Shown here in pieces: positions 8,406 through 16,408 of a stretch of 23,952 nt of DNA. The notes beneath the pieces are model-generated. The model made no database searches. It saw only the letters and a list, made by a program, of their open reading frames with translations, and was not told the origin of the DNA. Location of the stretch: positions 1-23,952 of the forward strand of contig JBNKNM010000073.1 in NCBI GenBank assembly GCA_050293845.1, read 5' to 3'. Every line of letters begins with the position of its first letter. Within the stretch, counting starts at the first letter, position 1. This DNA comes from Pseudobacteriovorax sp. (lineage in GTDB: Bacteria > Bdellovibrionota_B > Oligoflexia > Oligoflexales > Oligoflexaceae). The translations under genes and the position numbers were made by a program.

Positions 8406-9326
8406 TTAGTTCTTTCTACCGGGCATTGTTGTAACCTGGATCGTCTTTTTTTTCACCAAAATAGGTGAACAGCGTCTCATATTAGGCAACACCTTGTGAG
8501 CAAGGTTATCTACCTTATGTTCTAAATTCCTGATTTGCTTTAAGGTCTTACGCACCTTTGCTACTTTTTTATTATCAAAGTAAGGGGTCTTAGTACGGTC
8601 ATTTTGTTCCATTAGATTGCGGCAATCATCCATCAATTTCTGGGTTTTTCGGTAAAATTCGCGGCTAAGTATTTTTAGCTGTGTAGCTTCCGCAACCTGG
8701 GGATCAGAGGAAAACCCGATACCGAAAAATAATCGCTGCACCTCACCCAGCATGGGATGGCGTTGGGAATTATGGATTCCTCTTCCCCAAGGATGCTGGA
8801 GAGAGTGAGCCGCCTCAAAATTTGCCTCCTCAGCTTGAAGTAGGTTATAGGTTTGGCGTAATTTTTTTTCTTCTAGCCGCAGCTGGTAATGCTGGCGATG
8901 GAGGAAGGCTTCCATCTTCTTCTGACTGTGAAAGCGGTCGGCAATGTTCTCAAGCTGGCTATCCCGCAGTAAATAGCCTTGCCCCTCACTGTCATCACCT
9001 AGAAAGCGAATTTTAAACAATCGAATCCACATAAACTGTTTAAGATATGTATCATATCCACGAATCAAGTTACCAGCATGAACACTCATCTCAGCGGTCC
9101 AAAAAATAATGGCTGTTAAACGTTTTGGAAGGCCATCTTTGGTTTGGTTAAAGCGTTCAAATCTTACCTGCAACCTATCCACTGCCGCCAAACAACGGTC
9201 GATTACTCGATTTTTTCTTGCTATTGTTCTAAAAAACGATTGATTAAAAGTTTTATATTCCTCCTCTATGCTTTTAAATACAGAGCAGGTTTGTAAAAAT
9301 TCTTCATCCCAGATGCGAATATCCAT
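8406..9326 (-). CDS. Hypothetical protein (basic, helical/coiled-coil)
   Basis: 306-aa ORF whose ATG directly follows the stop of the upstream ORF. No recognisable motif. Confidence 0.7.
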   Translation of the reverse strand: MDIRIWDEEFLQTCSVFKSIEEEYKTFNQSFFRTIARKNRVIDRCLAAVDRLQVRFERFNQTKDGLPKRLTAIIFWTAEMSVHAGNLIRGYDTYLKQFMWIRLFKIRFLGDDSEGQGYLLRDSQLENIADRFHSQKKMEAFLHRQHYQLRLEEKKLRQTYNLLQAEEANFEAAHSLQHPWGRGIHNSQRHPMLGEVQRLFFGIGFSSDPQVAEATQLKILSREFYRKTQKLMDDCRNLMEQNDRTKTPYFDNKKVAKVRKTLKQIRNLEHKVDNLAHKVLPNMRRCSPILVKKKTIQVTTMPGRKN

Positions 9327-10223
9327 CTACACTCCTGGGGGAATTCTATCATCCCAATTAGCAAATTTTTTGACATAGGAATTTATATAGGTTTCCGCAA
9401 GGTTAAGCCGTTCCCGGGAGCGATTCAGCTTATCAACATCATAAATTTTGAACCTCTTAGCTAATGAGGCAAGTTCATCCGCTTGCGGTATTTTAGGTAA
9501 ATTTTTTTTCCGTAGTTTTTCCCGTGCATCCCGTAACCAGTTTTTCATGTAATAGATTTCTTGCTTCTTTTTTTGTATTTTTTGTTCCAGTTGGGATATT
9601 TTTTGATTTAAAGACTCTTCCTGTTCAAAGGTTTCCAAAACGCTACGCAGGGTATTAGCTTTATGTGTCCCATTACCCAATATATGTACTAATTTATTCA
9701 GAAGTTTTTCCTGCAGCTGGATGTCTAAATTCAGTTTATTTTGCTCTGACTTTAATCGACCCATATAATGCTTAATTTTCGCTAAGCGAAAAATCGCCCA
9801 AAATGGATATCTTCGCCTGACAGCATCGTCAACCCAAGGCAAAAATATGGTAAGGCTTTGGTATGTATCGTGGATAACCTTAAATTTTTCATTAAAATAA
9901 TCTTCAATCACACCCCGTTCCAACGAGCGGCATTTTTCTAAATTAGGTAAATCAAATTGCTTTGCATTCTCTTGTAATATTTTTTCAGTCTGCAGTTGCT
10001 GGCGCATCGACTTAAGTTTCTGCTTCATCGATTGTACTTTTTGGGATCTTTTGCGAAATTGCTCCCTATTGATTGACTTCGAAGCTCTCATCTCTTGCAA
10101 CCCTATCTCTATAGCAACAAGTTGCTGCCAATGCTTATCAATCGATGTTAGCAATGTTCGATAAGACTCTAGGCGTTGTCTAGCAGACATAAGCAGGCCT
10201 TTGTCCAAAATGATTTCATCCAT
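9327..10223 (-). CDS. Hypothetical coiled-coil protein
   Basis: 298-aa ORF rich in K/Q/E/L heptad-like stretches (e.g. LNQKISQLEQKIQKKKQEI). No recognisable motif. The start could be the second Met (MSARQ). Confidence 0.7.
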   Translation of the reverse strand: MDEIILDKGLLMSARQRLESYRTLLTSIDKHWQQLVAIEIGLQEMRASKSINREQFRKRSQKVQSMKQKLKSMRQQLQTEKILQENAKQFDLPNLEKCRSLERGVIEDYFNEKFKVIHDTYQSLTIFLPWVDDAVRRRYPFWAIFRLAKIKHYMGRLKSEQNKLNLDIQLQEKLLNKLVHILGNGTHKANTLRSVLETFEQEESLNQKISQLEQKIQKKKQEIYYMKNWLRDAREKLRKKNLPKIPQADELASLAKRFKIYDVDKLNRSRERLNLAETYINSYVKKFANWDDRIPPGV

Positions 10224-10353
10224 GCCTGAGAATCAGGGTTCTTTCCTGGTATTTTCTCATGGTAAGCTCGTAGTTGTCTAGGCAAGGGCGAGGTGATCGT
10301 GTATGATTGCGTCCCTTGAATTATTTTCTTCCTAATCTGGAGGCTGTAAGCTC

Positions 10354-11394
10354 ATGGAAACTAAACCATTAATTGAGGCTGCTCTTGGTCGTCCCACTAA
10401 AAGAAAGCCCATCTGGTTTTTACGTCAGGCGGGACGCTACCTACCTGAATATATGGAGATTCGAAAAAATATCGCATTTACTGATCTGTGTAAGACGCCC
10501 CGCCTAGCAGCTGAAGTTACCCTCCAGCCACTACGTCGTTTTAATGTTGATGCCGCCATTATTTTTTCCGATATACTCGTTCCCTGCATGCCCATGGGGC
10601 AAACCCTAACTTTCGGCAAAGGTCATGGCCCCCAACTGAGTCATCCTATCAGGAATTCTGCAGATCTGAAGGCATTGAGAAAGCCCGATGCAGAAAAGGA
10701 ACTGGGATATGTTGGCGATGCCATCCAGCTCACCAAAGCAGACCTGAAGCCCTATCAAACAATGATCGGCTTTGCCGGTGCACCATTTACGGTAGCCAGT
10801 TATATGATCGAAGGCTGTGGGTCAAAAACCTACACGGAAGTCAAAAAACTCCGCTTTACAGAGCCTTCTGCATTCAAGGGTTTGCTGGATCTTTTGGTGG
10901 AGGTCACCGTCGACTACTTGTGCATGCAAATAAAAGCCGGTGCTGACTGCCTAATGCTATTTGACACATGGGCTAACCAGCTGAATGCTGAAGACTATCG
11001 CGAATTTGTCTTCCCCTCAGTCCATAAAATAATTCGCGAAGTTAAAGATCGTAGCGATGTCCCGTTTATCTACTATCCAGGCCAAGGCACTGATTTGTAT
11101 TTCGAATTATCTGGTTTTAATGGAGATGTTATCGCTGTTGACTGGCGCACTCGTATGTCTCGTGCTATTTCTCTCTTAGAGAATGTGGGACTTGAAGTTA
11201 GCGTCCAGGGTAATCTTGATCCGCAAACCCTCGTAGGTCCTGAAGAAATCGTGCGGGAACGCACCCGAACCGTCTTGGAAGAAGCTCAACAAGCCCGCGG
11301 CCATATCTTCAATGTGGGACACGGACTGCTTCCCCATCTCGACCCGGAAGCGTTAAACTGGGTGATTGACGAAGTCAGAAAGTCAGAAAGGTAG
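10354..11394 (+). CDS. hemE: Uroporphyrinogen decarboxylase
   Basis: Motifs PIWFLRQAGRYLPEY, DAAIIFSDIL, IGFAGAPFTVASY, VQGNLDP and FNVGHG. RBS GGAGG upstream. Confidence 0.97.
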   Translation: METKPLIEAALGRPTKRKPIWFLRQAGRYLPEYMEIRKNIAFTDLCKTPRLAAEVTLQPLRRFNVDAAIIFSDILVPCMPMGQTLTFGKGHGPQLSHPIRNSADLKALRKPDAEKELGYVGDAIQLTKADLKPYQTMIGFAGAPFTVASYMIEGCGSKTYTEVKKLRFTEPSAFKGLLDLLVEVTVDYLCMQIKAGADCLMLFDTWANQLNAEDYREFVFPSVHKIIREVKDRSDVPFIYYPGQGTDLYFELSGFNGDVIAVDWRTRMSRAISLLENVGLEVSVQGNLDPQTLVGPEEIVRERTRTVLEEAQQARGHIFNVGHGLLPHLDPEALNWVIDEVRKSER

Positions 11395-11404
11395 TTCGTA
11401 GTTC

Positions 11405-12043
11405 ATGAGTGAGCATCTATATACTTACGACGACCCTCCTTCCGAACGTGATTTGGAAAAAGCTTGTCGTGTTCTTGATCGGGGTGGCGTACTAGCCTAC
11501 CCCATGGGTGTAAACTGGGCGTTTGGTTGTAATGCTAGCGACCATAAAGCCCTGGTCCGATTACAGCGTTTGAAACCTTCACACCCCAAAAAACAACCCT
11601 ATAGTTTGATTTGCAGCAGCATGTCGATGGCCTCGACGGTAGGCAACATCGACCACCAAATGTACCGCTACCTAAAAAAGGCTTGGCCTGGTCCTTATAC
11701 AGTTATCGTCAAGAGCAATCGGACCCTACCACGCCAGATAAAGGACAAAAGGCAGGTTGTAGGCATAAGAATTCCCGAGTGCCCCATGGTTTTGGCTCTA
11801 GTCGAGAAATTTGGCCACCCCCTTGCCACGACATCAGTTCCCGAAAAGCCTGATGGTGAGCCTTTAAGGATGGGTTACGAGATTTTTGACTATTTTGGCC
11901 ATGCCATTGATCTCCTGCTTGACCTTGGTGAGGAGCTAGCTTGTTTAGATTCCACCATTATTGATTTTTCTGACGGGCACCCTATTCTTGTCCGCAAGGG
12001 CGTGGGAGAGCCATCTGTCTTTGGTGATGTGGAGCAAGTCTAG
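11405..12043 (+). CDS. Sua5/YciO/YrdC family protein (YciO-like, divergent motifs)
   Basis: GGVLAYP...AFGC, WPGPYTVIV, VGIRIP, PLATTS, STIID and RKGVG fit the YrdC domain. There is no Sua5 C-terminal domain. Confidence 0.85.
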   Translation: MSEHLYTYDDPPSERDLEKACRVLDRGGVLAYPMGVNWAFGCNASDHKALVRLQRLKPSHPKKQPYSLICSSMSMASTVGNIDHQMYRYLKKAWPGPYTVIVKSNRTLPRQIKDKRQVVGIRIPECPMVLALVEKFGHPLATTSVPEKPDGEPLRMGYEIFDYFGHAIDLLLDLGEELACLDSTIIDFSDGHPILVRKGVGEPSVFGDVEQV

Positions 12044-12044
12044 T

Positions 12045-12704
12045 ATGCTAGCAGTAGAGCATTATAGCGTTATTCCTTACGAATCAGCTTTAAAACGCCA
12101 GCACGAGCTGGTTGACGCAGTGATTGCTGGCAGCATTTCCGGTGCTATTATGACCTTGCAGCATGCTCCATGCCTAACCTTGGGTCGTCATGCTGATCGT
12201 AAATTCCTGCTAGAAAGCCATCAATCCTTGATTAAGGCTGGGATCACCCTTATCGATACGGATCGCGGTGGTGAGATCACAGCCCACAATCCAGGCCAAC
12301 TTGTGATCTATCCTATACTCCCCATTAAGGATTTTTCCCTCAGCCCAAAGAAATTAGTCCAACTGCTGCTGGAATCGGTCGTCGAGTATCTGGCTGACCT
12401 GGGCATCAACGCGTCCATTGATGACTCACGGCCGGGGGTATGGCTACAAAATGCAAAGATATGCGCTGTCGGTATACGTATTCTTAAGAGGGTTTCCATG
12501 CACGGCATAGCCCTAAACATTGAAAACGACCTGTCCATTTTTTCAAAGATCGTACCTTGTGGCATTTCCAGTGGCTCTGTAACCCGTATGAAAGATCATT
12601 GCACCCCTTGCCCCCCCTTACAGCAGGTTCGTCAAAATTTGATCGATCGGATTGCAGCCAAACTGGGAACTTCCTGTGAAATTAGAAGTATACCCAAAGA
12701 CTAA
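12045..12704 (+). CDS. lipB: Lipoyl(octanoyl) transferase
   Basis: Motifs QHAPCLTLGR, DRGGEITAHNPGQLVIYP, KICAVG, HGIALN and IVPCG. Start moved to ATG 12045, 1 nt after the upstream stop, instead of 11961. Confidence 0.93.
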   Translation: MLAVEHYSVIPYESALKRQHELVDAVIAGSISGAIMTLQHAPCLTLGRHADRKFLLESHQSLIKAGITLIDTDRGGEITAHNPGQLVIYPILPIKDFSLSPKKLVQLLLESVVEYLADLGINASIDDSRPGVWLQNAKICAVGIRILKRVSMHGIALNIENDLSIFSKIVPCGISSGSVTRMKDHCTPCPPLQQVRQNLIDRIAAKLGTSCEIRSIPKD

Positions 12705-12749
12705 CGTCAAAAGCCGCGGTATAGACTCCATGTAACAGAATAGCTACTC

Positions 12750-12778
12750 TTGAAATAGAAATAAGAAATACGTATGAT
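12750..12778 (+). promoter_or_regulatory. Sigma70-like promoter for the small Cys-rich gene
   Basis: TTGAAA (12750-12755) - 17 nt - TATGAT (12773-12778), with RBS GAGGAG at 12807-12812. Confidence 0.6.
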
Positions 12779-12817
12779 CATTTCGTGGCTCTCTTTTTCT
12801 GTACCTGAGGAGATTTT

Positions 12818-13108
12818 ATGGACATTGTTGAGTCCAGTACTTTATTCACCAATTCCGACATTTCGGAAGAGGGAAAAACGTCATCTAAGCTCTTAGATTG
12901 CTGTAAAGAGACAATTGATATGCACGCCGCATATAATGCGATGATGGTCTGTTCAGGTTGCAAGCAAATTATCAAATGCTTCGATAGCGAGAAACCTTTT
13001 ATCAACTATCAGCGCTTCTGTGCCTCCAGGCATCGCCGTATTTTAGCTACCAAATACAGAGATCATTTTATTATTATTTTTAGTTCCTACGAAACATATT
13101 CCACCTGA
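12818..13108 (+). CDS. Small Cys-rich hypothetical protein (possible zinc-binding)
   Basis: 96-aa ORF with a strong RBS and a promoter match. It contains CC...CSGC...C. Confidence 0.7.
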   Translation: MDIVESSTLFTNSDISEEGKTSSKLLDCCKETIDMHAAYNAMMVCSGCKQIIKCFDSEKPFINYQRFCASRHRRILATKYRDHFIIIFSSYETYST

Positions 13109-13173
13109 AAGGCGCAGCTTGGAAAAGGCTTGACCAGCTAGTACAAAACTCGGAAGTAACTTGTCAGACCAAG

Positions 13174-14478
13174 TTACAGATTAGATTCAGCTTTATGATT
13201 AAAGCCTTGTTTGCGTGCCCACCCACGAAGGTAAGTATAGGCCGTTTTTACCTGACGATCCTTCTTGTAGGGTAGGGCCCATGAGGAAAACTCAGAAGCC
13301 AAACCCGACTGCTTGGAAATATCGCTAAGATCTTTACTATCAATATGGCGATCCAAGTCAGCTTCCTTACGTTGCGAGGATTTCTCCTGCGCTACTAATG
13401 GTACCACTATATCGGGAGCTATACCCTTTGCCTGAATGGAACGATCTTTTGGCGTATAATAGCGGGCAACGGTGATTTTGAGTCCGGAACGATCTGGCAG
13501 CGACACGAGGGTCTGTACCGATCCCTTGCCAAAAGATGTCGTACCCATTATCAATGATCTTTCATGATCTTGCAATGCTCCAGCTACTATCTCTGAGGCA
13601 CTGGCACTGCCACCATTGATCAAAGTCACAATGGGAAAGTCACTGAAAGTTCCTCGTTTGTGGGCAAACTCACGCTCAATATTTTTTCGTTCCCTCCCTA
13701 CCGTTGATACGATCAAACCGCTCTCAATAAACATATCTGAAACCCGCACCGCTTGATCCAGTAAACCTCCCGGATTATCCCGCAAGTCGAGAATAAGACC
13801 CTTTATTTTTCCTTGATTCCCCTCAACTGATGACAATAATTCTGTGGAGGTATCATCCTGAAAACTGGAAATGCGACAATACAAGACACCCTTGGTTAGC
13901 ATCTTCGACCTTACTGACTTGACTCTAATGATTTCCCGGGTAAGGTTAAACTCCAACAGTTTCGGCTTCCCCTCACGTTTTATAGTTAGTTTGATTTTGG
14001 TTTCGGTTTTCCCTCGCATCATATCCGTTGATTGAGAGCCCTTCATCTCTGAAATTTTGATATCATCAATCGCGATAATTTCATCCCCAGACTGGATACC
14101 GGCACGTGATGCTGGAGTATCCTCAATCGGAGATACTACGATCAACCTTTTATTCTCTGTTGAAACAATAATTCCAATGCCACCAAATTTTCCCTGGGTG
14201 TCTATGGTCAACTGGTTGAAGGCTTTACGTGGCATAACAACAGTATGGGGATCAAGGTTTGACACGACTCCCTTTAATGCATGGTAGACCATATTTTCAT
14301 ACTGCACTTTCCCAGGATCTACATAAAGGTCTTCAAGATAAAAAAGCCCCTTAGCAAGGGTTTCGATGGATTTATAGCGCTGGGTATCCCTACTTGCCTT
14401 TAATTCCATAGGATTAATCATAATAAAAGCAAGTATCCACGACACGTGAAATTTGATCATATGGCTCACCTGTATCAA
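13174..14478 (-). CDS. ctpA: Carboxy-terminal processing protease, S41A family with PDZ domain
   Basis: Signal-like N-terminus, LDPHT, PDZ motif GKFGGIGI, DLRDNPGG, catalytic Ser in SASASEI, catalytic Lys in TSFGKGSVQ, and YYTP...SIQAKGIAPD. Confidence 0.93.
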   Translation of the reverse strand: MIQVSHMIKFHVSWILAFIMINPMELKASRDTQRYKSIETLAKGLFYLEDLYVDPGKVQYENMVYHALKGVVSNLDPHTVVMPRKAFNQLTIDTQGKFGGIGIIVSTENKRLIVVSPIEDTPASRAGIQSGDEIIAIDDIKISEMKGSQSTDMMRGKTETKIKLTIKREGKPKLLEFNLTREIIRVKSVRSKMLTKGVLYCRISSFQDDTSTELLSSVEGNQGKIKGLILDLRDNPGGLLDQAVRVSDMFIESGLIVSTVGRERKNIEREFAHKRGTFSDFPIVTLINGGSASASEIVAGALQDHERSLIMGTTSFGKGSVQTLVSLPDRSGLKITVARYYTPKDRSIQAKGIAPDIVVPLVAQEKSSQRKEADLDRHIDSKDLSDISKQSGLASEFSSWALPYKKDRQVKTAYTYLRGWARKQGFNHKAESNL

Positions 14479-14540
14479 AGTCTAATCATATTGAATATAA
14501 AGGGTGCAACCCTATTTTGAAAGCATCATTCCCTAAGTTT

Positions 14541-15392
14541 TCAATTTGCAACATTTTTGGTCGCTTTTTTTGAGATTTTCTGCTTCCTAGCCTGTGAAAT
14601 TTTTCGTACCATAACTAATAGTTTTTTCGCCTTAGATTTATTTTGCTGAGTAATTTGCTCGTCACCTAAATATCTTTTAATAGCTAGATAGGCTGAGCGA
14701 TGATGTCCCGATGCAATATAGTTCATCGCCAAAGCGTTTATTGGATCAAAGCACAAGGGACATGCCGCGCGAGCTTTCAAGAAAGTTTGTTGGGCAAGGG
14801 TGTAACGTCGTTTTTTTTCATAGAGTTGCCCTAATCGCATCAAAGAAAGATAATAATTGGGATTTTCACTTAAAGCAAAGGTATAGTATTTTTCCGCAAG
14901 GGAATAATTTTGTAAGCGCTCTGCGGCTAGACCTATATTGTGAGAAATACGTTCAGGATACTGATACGATTTGGTCATTTCACTTTTTTTCAAACCCTGT
15001 AAATGCTTAATGGCCTTTTTGTACCACCCGGCTTCAATATAGGCCGAGCTTAGGTTTAAAGCTACCGAAGTACGAGGGTGTAAGTCTAAAGACTTCTTAA
15101 AAAAAACAGCCGCTTTCCTTGGATTTTCCAGGGCAAGCTGGGTCAGGCCCATTAAGTTAATAAAGTCAGGGTCTTCTGGGTGTTGGATGAGAAGACGTCG
15201 TAACTCCTTATGAGCCATGGCTGTCAGGCCTTTATTTAGAAAACTGACAATCAAGCTTTTCTGAGTTGCCAAAACTTCAGTTTTTCTGGCAATTTCTTTG
15301 TTATTTTCATCGATAGTTTGACACGCAGTTTGAGATATAATAAAAGTTATAATGATCCAAAATAAAGACAAATAAATGTGCAGCCATCTCAT
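14541..15392 (-). CDS. TPR-repeat lipoprotein (PilF/PilW/Tgl-like)
   Basis: Hydrophobic N-terminus ending in lipobox-like QTAC, followed by tandem TPR-like repeats (NLMGL...A...F, NLSSAY, HNIGL, LGQLY). RBS GGGAGG upstream. Confidence 0.8.
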   Translation of the reverse strand: MRWLHIYLSLFWIIITFIISQTACQTIDENNKEIARKTEVLATQKSLIVSFLNKGLTAMAHKELRRLLIQHPEDPDFINLMGLTQLALENPRKAAVFFKKSLDLHPRTSVALNLSSAYIEAGWYKKAIKHLQGLKKSEMTKSYQYPERISHNIGLAAERLQNYSLAEKYYTFALSENPNYYLSLMRLGQLYEKKRRYTLAQQTFLKARAACPLCFDPINALAMNYIASGHHRSAYLAIKRYLGDEQITQQNKSKAKKLLVMVRKISQARKQKISKKATKNVAN

Positions 15393-15487
15393 AGAGAATC
15401 CTCCCGCTATCTGATGTATATGTTTATCTTAGTATTGTTCAGCTCTAGAGGGAAGGTGATGGAGATTTTTGTGAAGGGAATCAGAGA

Positions 15488-16408
15488 ATGAACGAAGATC
15501 AATCCCCCAACTCAACCATTGAGTCACAGAAGATAAAACCCGCTCTAGAGCAGCTTGCCTGTAGTCTTCTAGAGAAACGCTTAGAACTAGGCCTCACCAT
15601 CGAACGGGTCGCAATGGCCACAAAAATATCACTCCCTTTTATAAAGGCTCTGGAAGAGGGCAAACTGCAGGAATTACCCGAGCCGGTTTTTTCCCGGGGA
15701 TTTATTCGTAATATTTGTAAGCTGTATGACTTAGCAGATAAAGACCTGCTTAAGTTATACGAGCAAGCTTTAGATTCACACAAAAAAATGATTCTCGATA
15801 GAGATGAAGAAGCTACCATGCGGCGTAGCCGTAGCTCACAGCACTGGCGCAAGCAAGTCCCAAGATACAAAAATAAAAAAGCCATGAATTTCGGCAGTCT
15901 AAAACCGATTCCCTTTCTCGTCCTAGCCACTGGCGTGGTAGTAGGTATTACCTTCAGTTATTACTTTATTACTCGCAATAAAGTAAGATTACCGGTCCAA
16001 ACCAGTAGTTCACTACCATCCCCTCGGCCAGAGATGACTGTAAAAGTAGCTAACGACAAAACTGCTATCATCGAGACTTCTCAAGACCTCAAGGAGGATC
16101 AAGAGAACATGGATATCAAAGTAGAAGAGTTAGTAGCCTCTGAAGATGGGCAAATCGTCGAAATATTAGTTAAAACACCAGTAAAGATTAAATTTGCCAA
16201 AGACGGGGGTGAGTGGATCAATGAAACCCTCAAGCCTGATTCGTACCAATATCGATTTCAAGAGGAACTAAACCTCTACATCTATGACACGGAAGCAGTT
16301 GAAGTATCCTACAACGGACAAAAACTTGGTAATTTAGGCTCTCAGGGAAATTTCAAAAAACTCAGCTTTAAACTCAGAGATGATCCCGCATTAAAACACA
16401 ATTTTTAG
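15488..16408 (+). CDS. rodZ: RodZ-like protein (HTH, TM helix, DUF4115-like domain)
   Basis: HTH segment LEKRLELGLTIERVAMATKI...ALEEG...LPEPVFSRGFIRNIC, one central TM helix, and C-terminal VEVSYNGQKLGNLG. Confidence 0.8.
   Translation: MNEDQSPNSTIESQKIKPALEQLACSLLEKRLELGLTIERVAMATKISLPFIKALEEGKLQELPEPVFSRGFIRNICKLYDLADKDLLKLYEQALDSHKKMILDRDEEATMRRSRSSQHWRKQVPRYKNKKAMNFGSLKPIPFLVLATGVVVGITFSYYFITRNKVRLPVQTSSSLPSPRPEMTVKVANDKTAIIETSQDLKEDQENMDIKVEELVASEDGQIVEILVKTPVKIKFAKDGGEWINETLKPDSYQYRFQEELNLYIYDTEAVEVSYNGQKLGNLGSQGNFKKLSFKLRDDPALKHNF

Noticed and set aside
11961..12044. N-terminal extension of LipB given by the ORF track
   Set aside because: It overlaps the Sua5/YciO gene by 83 bp; ATG 12045 gives a normal-length LipB.
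12778..13005. 75-aa minus-strand ORF
   Set aside because: It is antisense to the 96-aa ORF, which has the promoter and RBS support.
13156..13177. 8-bp hairpin GTAACTTG/CAAGTTAC at the ctpA stop
   Set aside because: It may be a weak terminator, but the stem is AT-rich with no U-tract, so there is not enough support to call it.
15499..15930. 143-aa antisense ORF within rodZ
   Set aside because: It is a shadow of the rodZ reading frame with no motif.
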